The notes under the pieces are model-generated. The model saw only the letters and a list, made by a program, of their open reading frames with translations, was not told the origin of the DNA and did no database searches. A stretch of 64,000 nucleotides of DNA from assembly GCA_964304625.1 (NCBI GenBank), contig OZ199840.1:6489440-6553439 (forward strand), given 5' to 3'. The translations under genes were made by a program, and so were the position numbers. Shown here piece after piece: positions 26,570 through 40,394 of this stretch (its first letter is position 1; every line of letters starts with the position of its first letter). This stretch comes from Kudoa neothunni. Taxonomy: Eukaryota > Animalia > Cnidaria.

Positions 26570-29500
26570 ATGCAACAGCCGAGTGAAACCAATCAACTTT
26601 CTCCTCAAGAAAGTATTAATAGTAAATTTTTCGTACGATATCTTAACGAGCCGATCAGGTAAATCAACCACATCACCTACGAACCATTCAAACAACGAGG
26701 TTAAAGACCAGAATTCACCACCCAACTCTTTTAACACATCAAAACTCGATGAATCGGGTCAAAATTTGAGTGCCCAAAGTATGCTGATAAAATAATTAAA
26801 TGCTACAATTCTTACGAATTAAAGGGCCGAATCTATTTACGTGTGTTTGTTGTAGGAAATCTCTTTGGTGATACTTCCAATCAATCACCAATGAATGGAT
26901 CTGCAGCTTCAGATCTTGGAAAAGTTTCTACCAATTTAGAAAAAACCTCACCAACTTCTTTTCCAAATGATTCCAAAAAACCAGGTTTATTCGACACACC
27001 TCCTACGTGGGATTTGAATGAAAACCCCTCGAATCCAGCAGACCAATCTTTCTCATTTGTTGATATGATAAAGTCTGCAGCTAAAGTTAGTAGTGAGAGT
27101 CCTTTTTCATCCCAAAACAAAGACTCTTTGTTAAAATCGCCTCTCTTCTCCACAACCACCCCAGGTTCGACTCTCTTTTCTGGCTTGGGATCCTCTTCGT
27201 CTGGTTCCAAAGAAAGTGATTCCAACTTGAAAGATATTAAGAAAAGTCCGTTTTCGCCGAAGGATAGCTCCAATCCAACCCCAACTCTTTCAAGCGGCCT
27301 TTTCAGTAACCTTTCTAGCACTGCAATGAATCAGCAATCTACTTCTCTATTTACAGCTAAATCATCTGGTTTGGATCAAGCTCAAGTTGGAAAGGACTCT
27401 TTTCTGTTTTCACCAAATAACAACAGCAATAAGCCTGCTCACAGCCCGTTGATACATGGTGGGAATATCAGTGGAACGTCTCCCATGTCTAGTTTATTAG
27501 GAAATCCTGATAATGGGTCTATTTTGTCATCACTTAATCCGAGTGGATCATCTCCCGCGTTAACTTCTAATAATCAACAACATCCATCCAGTCCGCCAAG
27601 CGCCACTGCTGGAGGCATAACCGGTGAACTACCAAAATCTAGCACCACACGTATTGGAGGAAGTGGCTCTGCTTTGGGCTTTTTGGCCAACATTCCTTTT
27701 GGGACCAAGACCGATAGTAGTCAACCTGTGACTGCACCTTCCACTGACTCGACAGCATTGGGGAAATTGAGTGCATTACGCACTGCTCCTTCAACCTCAC
27801 CTACAAATTCGTCGACATCGTCTGCTCCGCAACAAACTCCTGCATATTTACCGATGACTGGTCTCAATACCAAAACCGCTTCGGCCCCAAGTCCCTTTCC
27901 GCCACGTATACTAATATTTTTGTGTTAGAACCCTTAAACTTTTGTAGAAGAACCAAAACCAAACGGCCCTTTTATACCAACCAACCAATATTTTGGTTTG
28001 ACTATTGACAAGCCCGTGATAGACAGTTCCAGCGAATTCAATTACAAACTTCCAGATTATTTATCTCAACCAAATTCCGATTATGGTATCTTTTCTGTGT
28101 TTAACATCTCGTTTCTTTTTACACTCAATTTTAGTAAAAAATTACGTTGTCCCTAAGGTAGTGTTTGTTGCATCACTAATGTGGATCTGTGTAAATAATG
28201 GAATTTAGTTGGGTTCTGTTGATGAAATAACAAGAAGAGTAGGTCGAAGTTTGTGTTGATTCGAATTGTGATATTCTTTTTAGCTCAAAGTTGCTCACAT
28301 AGAAAACAAAAGTCAACTAGATACGTTGGATTCACTGTCATCGAATATCATTGATTTGGTTCAAAACAAAAACATGTACTACGGATCTGGTCAGTTTAAG
28401 GATATGAATCTGTAAGTTTTGAATTTTATTTTTGACATTAATGTGTTTTCTGAGCGTAGTAAGCCTGAATTGATTCGAGGATTATTTGAAATGGGTTATC
28501 GTATTCCTTCAAGAATCCAAGAAGCAACATTGCCTATAATTGTGAATGAGTAAGTTTTGAATTTCAATTAACTCCGTTCTGTTCATTTGTGCATTAATTA
28601 TGAGATTTGGAAAGCAGCGGAGATCTTATGTCTCATTAGCTTTGTGTGTAAGAATGTATTAAACAATAAAATATTATCATATCCAAATAGCTTAATATTT
28701 TTATCCTTCATAGTTCTGTAGTAAATCTCCGTGATATATTTTTGATTTACAGTTTTTACTTAATACCATGTTTCATTGGGTATGAGTGGGCATGCAATTT
28801 TCGACGCTTTGATGTATAAAGGAGATTATACACAGATCTTTGTATGCGTCTCTATGACGCAAAAATAAAAATTAACATTACATATAATATAATAGCATTA
28901 TGTTTTAATTTCACTATTTTAATATAATTATAAAACCATGGAGATTTTTCCCTTCAAAAGAGATGTTCTCTCGTCCGAAAGAACATGCCTAATTCCCAAT
29001 TAAATTTTATTTGCGAATGAAGACAACGGTTTGTATAACAGATATTATCGGAAAAGTTGGTGTTGCTAAAATCTTTTTTTCAAACAATAAAGGTAAGTGC
29101 TTATCAACAAAACTTATAACATTAGAAAGTGAACTTGCTGTAGGACAATATTTTTAGGGAAGACTTCTAGATGTTGTGTGATTATCTATTATTTTACATG
29201 ATAATCTGCCGTACACTTCAGCTGAAACCAGATAAATCTTTATTTTTTTTATTTTTATGATCTCTAAATAACGAAGGGGGCTAGGAGAGACATGCTTTAA
29301 CGATTCTATCATTCAACGAAGCGTCAATAATGCAAAATGTTTCTGCATACGGTTTTGTTTTGTAGGTAACTTTAACTTGCATTGTTTGTAAACAACTTCA
29401 TTTTAATTTATTTATAAATTAACTCAATCCTCATTAATATTCACCAAATCAAATCGTTTTCTTCCCATTCTTATTAAGGTGCCATTTCCTAAACAACCCA

Positions 29501-32500
29501 AAAAAATAAACGTCGAATCAACCTGAAAAAATCGACAGTATAAATCGAAAATTGCATGCCTTAGGTATAAGATAGGTCTGGTATTATTTGTTACTTTACA
29601 TAGGACTTCATTTTTATGGTATACCTTATTATGCTAAAACAATTATCTTTGGTGGATATTTGTATAAAAAAATTAGTTTTTTTATGAGTTTATCAATTTC
29701 CGCATTGTTTTGTAATAATTTTTTACCAAACTATGCTTATAAAAGACAATTGACATTTTATTATGTATAAATGCCTTTCTTTATGTTCAATTTAATTAAT
29801 ACAAGTGTCTGTTAGTTGTTATAGATTTAATCCCTTTTTGTAATTTAGGTTGTTGTTAATTTTAAAGAATTTATATACTTATCGTTTATAGAGTTAGTTG
29901 CTGTAGTTATGTTCGTGATGTTTAATTAGAATTATTGTTTAACGATAACAAGACATTTATTTTTTCTATAATTTGTTAATGAGTCAGCGATAATTCAATT
30001 TGTCTTATTCTAGGAGTTATTACGGATATCGTCTATAAAAAGGAGTTATCGATGTAAAAATAATGCGTTGCTTGCACAATTCCATTGATGATTAGATTTT
30101 TTTCTTAAGAATAGTCATTGTACAGTCGAGATTGGATGGATATTGAGTAATTTAAGATTTTCATTATGAAACCAATTACATTGGAATTTAATTTCCAATA
30201 ATTATTATTTCATTTAGTAAATTATTAATTTTAACTTGAATTAAAAATATATTTTTTCTGTCCCTGATTTAGTATTGCGTAAAAACATTTTATAACGTAA
30301 TTTTTTCGCGGTCACAAACAATTCGCAATATCGAATCTCGACTGTAATAAGCTTAATAGCATCGTTTTGTTTAGTTTAATAAGACGATAAAACATTTTTT
30401 CTGATGAAATAGCTTTGTTTGATAAATTAGTCGATATTTTGATTTGAATTAGTTAATTAACTATAAATATATTTTTTTAATAAAAATTTACGAATATTGA
30501 TAAAATTGCGATGTAGCAAGAAATCATAATTGCCTAATCTTTATGTTTTTCCTCGAATAACTATTTTCGTATTGAGTAATAAGTTAAATTTTTAAGCCCA
30601 CTTTTCGGTTTTTAGGTTTTGTGATATACGTTAATTACTTAACAGGAGTGTATGTCGGATTTGGGCTGGGAACGCTTTTTTGGTTATATGTGCATTAGAA
30701 TTTTCTCGTTGACCTCCTAATAAAGATAAAAATTTCTAATTTAATAATCAAAATTACAGATAATGATAATGGCATGATATTTTTTCATTGGGAAAATAAC
30801 AGAAGGGCGTATTATATCGTCACATTTGTGTTTCGATATATACTATAAATATGAGTTGGCTTTCTAGAAAAATATTATTTTTACATTTTGTGGAGTCAAT
30901 ACTCACATCACTTACTCCTTCTTTTGATTTATGGAACATGCATTTAATTTTTGGTATAATGATGATTTTAATGATAGTGATTAAATAATAAAAATTATTT
31001 TCTCGAGGTGGTTGTACTTTATTGTATTTTATTTTTATTTGCCAAATATTCAACAATTTTTAAAAATTTATATGAAACTGTTCAAAACGATGGAGTACTA
31101 AATTAAATCAATTTTTATCATACTACACAATTTTTTTGGAAATACACACGAAAAACGAAAGGGATAATTATCTCTCCTCATGTATTTAATATTCGTCAGT
31201 TCTAATCATCCTTGAAGTAATGTACGTCGAAAAGGTTGTTATAAAACGTCGTTTAAAATATTCCAAATCTGTTTGGTAACAAAATGTATATTTATTTATT
31301 TTGACAATAATACCATCTAAATTGATCGTATTTAAACTTAAAAATAAGATAGGATTGAATACCTAATGACGTGTATTTTATAAATTGTTAACTGTATTTT
31401 TATAGTGATAATAAGTTGAATTTTATAATATCCGTGATTTATTGTATTGTATTGGCAGATATTTATTAACGCATGAATTTAAAAATAAGGGCGCTTTATT
31501 GAGATAGCAATATTTGAGCATTAATGTCATATTATAGGAAACGAAATTTGGTTGCTCAGTCGCAAAACGGTACTGGTAAAACTGGTGCATTCGCATTAGC
31601 ACTTTTGTCAAATTTGGAACCCAGTACCAATCATCCTGAGGTAATGGTGTTTTTTGGTATGAGTGATTTGTAATCATTATTTTTGAGGATAGGCTGTTGT
31701 TTTGGCTCCAACCTACGAATTGGCATCTCAAATCAAGTCGGTCATTGACAAAATGGCCAAACATATGCCCGGTATGACTACCATTCTCGGTATAAAAGGA
31801 AATCGATGTAATTTTTTGCTCATCAATTCTGTTTCTGATCGGTTTTTGTCTGTACTTTACTAGTGGCCCCCGGTACAAAAATCACTGACAAAATTGTAAT
31901 CGGTACCCCGGGAACTATTGCTGATTGGATGACCAAATTTAAATTTTTCGACTCTCGTTTTATCAAATTATTTGTTCTCGATGAGGCTGATGTTATGATA
32001 TCACAAGCTGGACATCTTTCCATGTGTTCTAGAATTAAGAGGTAATTTTCGTTTGTCTCACTAGCTTATTGTTGTTGTGATATATTTTGTAGCTCTCTGC
32101 CTAAAAATTGCCAGTCATTATTATTTTCTGCTACCTATCCTGCATCGGTTTGTTCATTTGCCAACTTCAGTGTTCCAAATGCTACTGTGATTCGAGTCAA
32201 ATCTAGCGAACTCACTCTCGACTCAGTCAAACAATACTACACCTACGTTTCCAACCAGAACGAACAATTTGATTTTGCCTGGAATCTTTTCACCACTATT
32301 TGCATTGCGCAATGTATCATCTTCTGCGATGTACGTTCATTGTGACAAATTAAAAATATTGTTTGTTACATCACGAGCTAACAAGTTGGCTAATTTGATT
32401 TTTGATTTAGACGAGAACAGCAGCTAAAAATTTGGCCAGCAAGTTCATTAGTTGTGGTTTCAAAACTTCGGTCATCAGTGGAGAGCAACCTGTCGAAGAA

Positions 32501-32939
32501 CGTGCCGCTGTTATTGAACGCCTTAGGAAGGGCAAAGATAAAGTTCTCATTGCCACCAATGTGGTTGCTCGTGGTATTGATATCAGCACAGTAATTATTG
32601 GTTTTGTTGATTTTATTTTTATGCAAAACAACCCACTACAATAACTAATAGACATCACTTATCATCAATTTTGATATCCCTGTTGAATATAATCACAATC
32701 GCCAATCTAATGACACTGTTCCAAATTTTGAAACCTATTTACATCGCGTTGGTAGGGCTGGACGTTTTGGTGTCAAGGGTATATGTGTTACCGTTGCCAG
32801 ATCCATGCAAGATATCGATTTGTTGGGTCAGATTCAGGCTTATTTCAATCACCAAATTAAACCGATTCACCCGTGGGATGCAGAACAACTGCAAAATCTT
32901 GACCCCATTAAGTATGCTATGGAAGATACGAACAACTAA
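26570..32939 (+). CDS. DDX19: DEAD-box RNA helicase, DDX19/DDX25 (Dbp5) family, ~907 aa, 14 exons, with a long low-complexity N-terminal extension
   Basis: Exons 26570-26612, 26659-26778, 26856-27905, 27948-28085, 28135-28157, 28209-28238, 28284-28411, 28460-28549, 31538-31640, 31693-31807, 31864-32041, 32093-32330, 32411-32590, 32652-32939. All introns are GT-AG; the 2724-nt spliced frame is open. Motifs: GYRIPSRIQE (Q), AQSQNGTGKT, APTYELA, GTPGT, DEAD, SAT, VLIATNVVARGID, PNFETYLHRVGRAGRFG. Confidence 0.88.
30123..30344. mobile_element. pogo-family MITE (222 bp) in DDX19 intron 8
   Basis: TA|CAGTCGAGATT ... AATCTCGACTG|TA. Internal-deletion relative of the element at 18162-23665. Confidence 0.9.
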
Positions 32940-35742
32940 AAGTTCAACATCGTCGCTGTTACTTTCACTCGTTTGATGTCTTACACACTGCTCTTGTGTA
33001 CTGTGTTGTAACTATTTTTAACTGTGTAATAAGGATTTCAGTTTTTCGATAACCAGTTTTCATGTTATTTATCCTATTACATAGATTTATTAGTCAAGAA
33101 TTTTTTGCGTGCGTAGTCGCCTGTCTTATTTAAATATTTAGAATTCCAATTTTTGCTTTTAGATATCTTGGTAACAATATTTTTTTTATGAGAAACAGAA
33201 AATGGAACGCGAAGGGATTAAACGGCAACGATATAAGCAGGAAGATACGTCCTGCAGTAAAAATTTAAAAATAGAATGGTAATATTTAGAACGATGAAAC
33301 CAGTTTAAATTTAACCAAAATTTTCTGTTACAGGAGTAGATGGCCTGCATAGGAAAGGCTGAGCTTATATCAATTCTAGTTTAATAAACATGAAACTATA
33401 TACAATGCAACTTCGGACTTAGGCCGTAATCAGTTCTAGAAGTGTGTTCGAACTACGAATAATTTTTTATCATTTAAAATGATTAGTTTGATCCGTCACC
33501 ATACATCAAATAAATAACTAATTTGTTTTCTTATGTATGAAAAACATGCATACCCTGCATTTAAAAAATATAATAAATAAATATTGAATATAATCATAAA
33601 AATGAAATCGCTTCATTACGTATGAGCCAAGCTTTTGATTTATTTTTGTTACAATGAACGATATTTTTTTATTTTTATATATTTGATCGTTAAAGTCTTT
33701 TCTTTATTAGAAGCAAGAATTAGAGAATTCAAATTTAGTTTTGTGCAGAAAAGTGGCGATTACGTACGAGCCCTGTTGCATTGTATAGGATAATATTTTG
33801 TAGTTGTCATACGATAAATTATAAAGGGTTCTCTTTAAATAATGTTCGCATTATTTGATTGAACAACTCTTCTTCTAGAACTTCTTTTATTCTCAGTTTT
33901 TTGCTCCCATTGGATTTGTTTTGAATGCCCTTTCTATATGTGTTTGAATTCAAACGTGTTACTGACTCAAACTTTTTGGTCAAACTCTGATTTGTACGAG
34001 TTCCGCGACGTTCGAACTCCGATGTTGCAAAGTATAGAGATAATGCACAGACGTTTAATAATTATGAAAATTACTGTGTCGCTAAAGCTTCGGAGATTTT
34101 CTAAAGATCTATAAACAATAGTGAATTAAAAAAACACTTATATGAATATTTTATATGTGAATGCAAATGAATAACGAAGTGTTTGTTTAATTACAACTAA
34201 ATGAAATTAGGGCGTATTATAAGTAATTAGTTAATTTTTAAATCAAGTAATTTATTTGCAAGTAACAGTACTTGTTAGTAGAACACGATTAAAGTTATAA
34301 AATAAAAAAATGGCATTGCTGTTTGGAGACACATTTAAAAGTGGTACGTTTTGAAAAATTTCTAACATTCCTACTCAAGTATACTATCATATATTTAATA
34401 ATTCAATTTTTAATATTTGATTCTTTTACCAAATGAAATAATGGTAGTATTTGAAAGGGATAGAATAGGTTTAAACAATAATTTTTACATAGCGCCTTAA
34501 AATCATTATTTATAACAAAATATTTTTTATTTATGTGTTGTAATATATAATCTCATCTATAACGTAGAGAATTAATTTTACTTAACTGATTGATGATTGT
34601 TTCATAATTATGTAAAAATAAATGAATTATAGAGTTTTCTATTATAAAAATATGATCAACTTTAATAGGAAACTATCAATAAAAGCTTGCAAGAAAAACA
34701 CTTTAATTCACCCTTTATATACAGATTTAGTTTATTCCGATGTAAAATAAAAAATTTAGTTAAAAACTGAAATTTATATTGAGAGTTGAACTTAATGATG
34801 TGCAATGATGACGTTTATAACCATCAATGAAGTAGGTTACTCGCATTAAAATATAAAAGATAGAAATTTATTTAGGTGAAAAGGTACTAAGAAAAATATG
34901 CTGTAACTAATCGGCTACATCGTTCAAAATGAAAATCACTTGAAAATGAATATAAATATGTCTAATTTCTAATAACTGCGATTTTTGTTGCTGCAGGTAC
35001 ATGATGAGTACGATGATAAATTGTGTAATAGAGTTTCCATGCGATTTTAGATTTAATTTATTAATTAATAAACTCCGTTGTTGCTAATAATTATAAACAA
35101 ACTTAAGCTTTTATTCACGCATGTTTCCATTGATAGGCATTATTCTATGGCTTATTACTTGGCGAAATAATTAATTGAAGATCTCATAAATTGGAAAAAA
35201 TGTCACAATAAGTAAATACATGATTAGTGAAAATATATCATTTTCATTTATTTCAGCATAATAATTATTAATTGTTAATTTTTCGTATCACTTAATTTTA
35301 CACATTAGCCTTAAACTATCTACCATAGTGGATTACTGAAACCAAGGAGATGAGTGCGTTGGGAATTGAAAATAAACAACTCATAGTTTAAGAGAAGACA
35401 AACTTTGTAAAATACTTTTGTCAAATAATACATGGCGTCAAATTAAGAGTTAAGACTTATTCTAATAACAACAAAATGTTATTTATGTCGTAACAAAAAT
35501 CTGAAATAATTCAATCAAGAGGAATTTCATATTAAGGTTTTAATTGCTCTGAATGTATTACAAAAATAATAAACTAATCTTGTAAATATTTGTTTGTAAA
35601 TTAAGCATCCCATGTAACAAGTTTAATATTCAAGATTACGTAAAATGTGTCATTAGAACGTCATCACTTACCAAACATTTTTATCAATAATATTATTCGC
35701 TTCGACATATCCATCGTTTAATCAAAATCTTATATGTAATTG

Positions 35743-38214
35743 ATGATCAGAATAAAAAAAAAGTAGCTTTAATTGTTTTTCGTTATAAATAACGTTAACA
35801 GCTTAGTTTTCCTATTTATATTTGTATTGATCGTGTTGTCATTTTTGTACTACATGAGTGGGGAGAACGATGACAAATATCAAACCGTCACCAACGATAT
35901 TATTTATTCAAATGAAATACCTAAAAATAATAATTCTATCTCAAACAACTTAAAACTCGATAATATAGATCAAGTTATTGCTTCTTAGTGTGTACATCAA
36001 AATTAAAATATTCTTAGAGCACAATTGAAGTTATATCAAGCCGTGATGCATTTAGAGTTTATGTTAATGAAAAAATTATATATGTGTCTCCGATTGGATA
36101 TGTTGGAATATCAATGGTTGTTTTAAATCCAAACTCACTAGAAATTGTAAACACTTCCCATTTCAATACTTACATGAGTTTTTCTGAAGCTGAGGAGTTA
36201 CTGAAGGCTGTCAATGATTGCCAAAATAATGAATTAATTATTCTAGGAGTTGTTGTAAGTTTTTGTCTGAATCAATATATTGTACTCATTATTATATTAT
36301 TTTATCAATAAAATTAAGAAAAAAATATAATATAATATAACTTTATTGTTAAATATGTTGGTTAAAATAGAGTTTTTAATGAAATATAGGATGAGGGATC
36401 ATACAAACTTCACGACAAAGTTAAACTAGAATTATCAAGACAAGGCAGCACCAAAATTAAAGATTTGAAATTTAGAAGTATGTGGTCAATGATATTCCTC
36501 AAGGACCAAGCATTGTTGGAAGAAGGAATAATACACAGGGAGACAACAGACGGCTGGCCTACTCCGCTGCGTCTTTATACTTCACTAAAACCCAAATATA
36601 ATGTTCTCCCAATTCAAAAGATAAATTGCATCAATTGGCCAAACGACAACTCATTCGTTCGGAGAAGAAGATTTTGTGATAAATATCAAAAGGAATTCCC
36701 TGATATTTGCCACTGTGAGGAATTCTTTCCTTTTACTAACATTCATTTCAAATTTCTACGTTAATAATATTATGTGATGTTTTATATAGGTCGAAATTAC
36801 AAACCAATCGATTTTCAGTACAAACCATTAAAGAATTATCAAATTCACTCTTCAATCAAACTTAGAGATGCTAATTCGGTGCTGGATAAGACACCAATTG
36901 CCATTGTGTCTTCCTCTCGCCCCAAATACCTCATGCAATGTCTTCAAAGACTATTATCGATCAGTGGAACACGCAAAAACATGATCAAAATCTACACTGA
37001 TTCTAAAAACCAAATGAATATTGAGATAGCAAAATTATTTGAGATTGATCTTTACTTCACTGCCAAGAGATGTGCACCACCTTGTGCTATCGCATTTGTA
37101 AAAAAGAATCATTCTTTCTCAGTTGATATTTAATAACTAATATTTTCTTATTTTTTAGCATTATAGATCCATGTTTTTGGATATATGCGAACAACACCCC
37201 AGAGCCCCAGAGATTATCATTATTGAAGAAGACCTATTAGTTTCACTAGACTTTTTTTATTATTTTGTTCAAGTGCTTCCATCTTATCGAAAAGTCGACC
37301 ATTATTATTGTGTTTCAGCTTGGAATGATCAGGTGTGAATCCTATCTATATCTAAAATTATAACTGTGCCTTAGTCATATAACCACACAGCTGGAGATTA
37401 TAAAATGTTATATCTCACTCATACGATGCCCGGACTAGGCTTTGCAATCAAGCGCTCCACTTTGGTTAACGACTGGTTACCAACTTGGCCCAAATCTCCT
37501 AAACAATTTGATTGGGATTATTTTGTGAGATCGGATAGAATTCGAAAAGGAAGAGAATGTATAGTGCCTGACATTTCACGAACATTTCATTTCGGAGAAA
37601 AGGGTTATTCCGTAAATTTGATCAGTCAAAAAGTGCATTATAGCACTCGGCCGGCGGTCACTTACCAAGAGACTAATTTTGATATCTCATGGTTGGAAAA
37701 CAATTCATATGAATCTTTGATCATTGATCTTATCAAGTTAATGATTTATAACATTAGATCCAAACATTGGGACAACTATATCAATTTAATTTATCTACTC
37801 TAGGCACGCTAAACCAGTAGAGAGTAGTACACTCACCGAAATTTGTGCTATTGGGAAAACAGCCTTTGATGATTACTATAACTCGAAACTCCATAACAAA
37901 CCCCAAAAGCATGAGCCCTCAGATGGAATAAGCATTGACAAGCTACGCAAAAATACTCGCACGATTTATTTTCAAATGAGTAAAAGTTTTGATCAGAAAT
38001 TATGGAAAAAAGTTTCTATGTAATTAAAAACTATTTCTTCATTTCTATGTTATTTCATAGATGTTGGCACATTTGGACAATGGATGAAAGAGATTTCCAC
38101 TTTGGAGCTCTACGTATTTGGTTTTCGGGGGTTCATTATATAGTAATCATGTGCCCTCTCTCCAAGTATTGTGAATACAAACCAGAAAACCTAACTCCTA
38201 TACCGATAGCTTAA
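35743..38214 (+). CDS. POMGNT1: Protein O-mannose beta-1,2-N-acetylglucosaminyltransferase 1 (GT13), copy A, ~655 aa, 9 exons
   Basis: Exons 35743-35762, 35802-35973, 36018-36254, 36390-36714, 36790-37097, 37159-37332, 37375-37736, 37804-38019, 38061-38214 (1968 nt, open). Type II TM anchor, stem domain (VVLNP...FNTY...DEGS), RRRRFC, IEEDL, CVSAWNDQ, TMPGLG, DWDYF, GRECIVPDISRTFHFG. Confidence 0.92.
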
Positions 38215-38953
38215 CTCTTGTTACTAACAAATAAGGGCTATATAAAAGATATATCAATGTTATTCTACATTATTATAATTTTCCCCGCTTTCAGGTATTC
38301 TTTGCTTTAAAGGATCTTAGTTTTATTTCCAGTATTTTATATCTTACATATATAAAGTTATCGCTTTCTTATTATATTCAATTATGAATAATTTGTACAC
38401 AACAGCCTTTAACTAACCTTAGATTTCTTTCATCAAGCCTGATTTAGAATTCAGATCAGTTTTGGCTATCTGCCGTATTTCAAATCACATTTTGGGCCAG
38501 TAAACTCATTGTCAGGTTTTTCTTCATTTTTACGCAGGTGTGGGTGAACCGAATTTTCGAATCCAATTCTTCTCAAAACTTAGGTCATATGGTATTTTAT
38601 GTGTTATGGGTCATGGAAAATTTTTTGATAATTTTTGACACCAAGTAGAAAGTGTGTCGATATCACTAATGCAACTTGGATATAAAATACAATAGAAATC
38701 GCTTGTTAAACATTTTTTTTGTGATTTGAAAAAGGTACACAATAAAGATAACGTGTGCAATGAACGTACGTCTCATGCGCACTTGAATAAAAACTAAACA
38801 CATGGAAGTGTTATTATATTCATCTATTTTTAAAATAATCTGTCATCAATTTAGATTACTCATTTAATCTGATAATTTAAAATTATATCCATAAAAGAAT
38901 ATAATTTTCTTAAGCCTAGTAAATTTTTATAATAAATGGCTAGGTGAATTTTG

Positions 38954-39500
38954 GGTTAAAATGTAGAATAGTGGCCACATTTTCCGATTAAAGATTATAA
39001 TTGGTTCGTAGATTAATCCTGAATTTTTTATAACAAATTAGCATGAAATATGTTAAACATTTAATGGTAGGAACGAGTGGATTAATTACAATAAATTATT
39101 TTTGATGTTAACGTTATGCATTTGATAAAATTTAACACCTAATGCTTGCAGATAATATTAATTTCTTATTCTTATGGACATAAAATTAATAATAGGCAAT
39201 TGCTAATGATGAAATATGACAATCAATAAAAAATCATAGTTGTCACACTCAAATTTTAGGATAAAACAAGGCATGCTTTACTCCATCGATTAAATGGTAT
39301 GTCCTGTGGAAATAACTACGAGGGGCTAGCAGTTTTTTAAAGAATATATTACAACAACTATTATCGATAACAAATACAGTGCCGAAAATAACCTACAGGT
39401 GGTGAAACAATGATAAATACAAAAAATTAGAATAATCAACAGGTTAGATTTTTATTGTGGTCGCTGATTTGGATTACGGCCACTATTCTACATTTTAACT
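38954..39500 (+). mobile_element. Merlin-type MITE, copy 1 (547 bp)
   Basis: TIRs GGTTAAAATGTAGAATAGTGGCC / GGCCACTATTCTACATTTTAACT with a perfect 8-bp TSD GAATTTTG. Confidence 0.9.
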
Positions 39501-40394
39501 GAATTTTGAGTATGGCGGTTCTCAGTTTTTTAACATTTAAAGAATACTCCTTATTAGAATCATCTAAATATTGAGATTCAGCTACCAAATGACGATACTG
39601 TTATTTTCGATATTTTAAGGCGCACTTATTATCTCATTATTTTCCAATTCATTTATTTTATTAATTGAATCATTACGTTACTCATAATTATTATTTCTAT
39701 ACAAAATTTATTTTCCTTGGTCTCATCTTTTCTGTCGAAGCTAATTTTATTTGTCGTAAACGAATTTTTATTATAAAATTAAAGAAAACCGTACCTGTGA
39801 TGAGTTAAAAGTTGTGTACATAGTTATTTATAATTCCAACTTTCTGTAAAATTTTATTATTGTATTAAGTGAGACACCTTCATAGAAATTTTTAATGAAA
39901 AAATGCATTCCGGTAATGCTTATTTAGCGTATACACACATTTCGTAACTATTAATGGAGTCTTATTATGAGACTATACTATACTGAGGCTACTAAGGGCT
40001 AGCAAAGATGAGCCGCTCTCCTACGTAATAATAATCACTTCAATATTGTTACAGAGTACTATGACTTATGAGAGCATTTAGGCAGAGAGAGAAAGAGCAG
40101 ATGTCGGCACAGAATATTACTATTACTATGCAGTTAAATTTTTTTGTGATTTTGTGAAAACGGTAGATACAATGTAAATATAAGATATGTGGTAGTCACA
40201 TTTTAATGTTAGAATACTTAAGTAATTTTTAGACTATTGGAATTAAAATAACTTAGAAAATAACAAAAAAAACAATCACGCGATCAACAGTTTTACGCAA
40301 TATGATGGGTATTACATTACTGTTTTAACTCTCAATTGCTCATAAAATTAAATCAAAAAACAACCCAAATAAAAATCACATATTATTTTGTTAA

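Noticed and set aside
26843-27928. The 361-aa ORF as a stand-alone nucleoporin or mucin gene
   Set aside because: Its start is a GTG inside an intron and its end runs into a GT-AG intron. Phase-correct splicing joins it to the DDX19 core.
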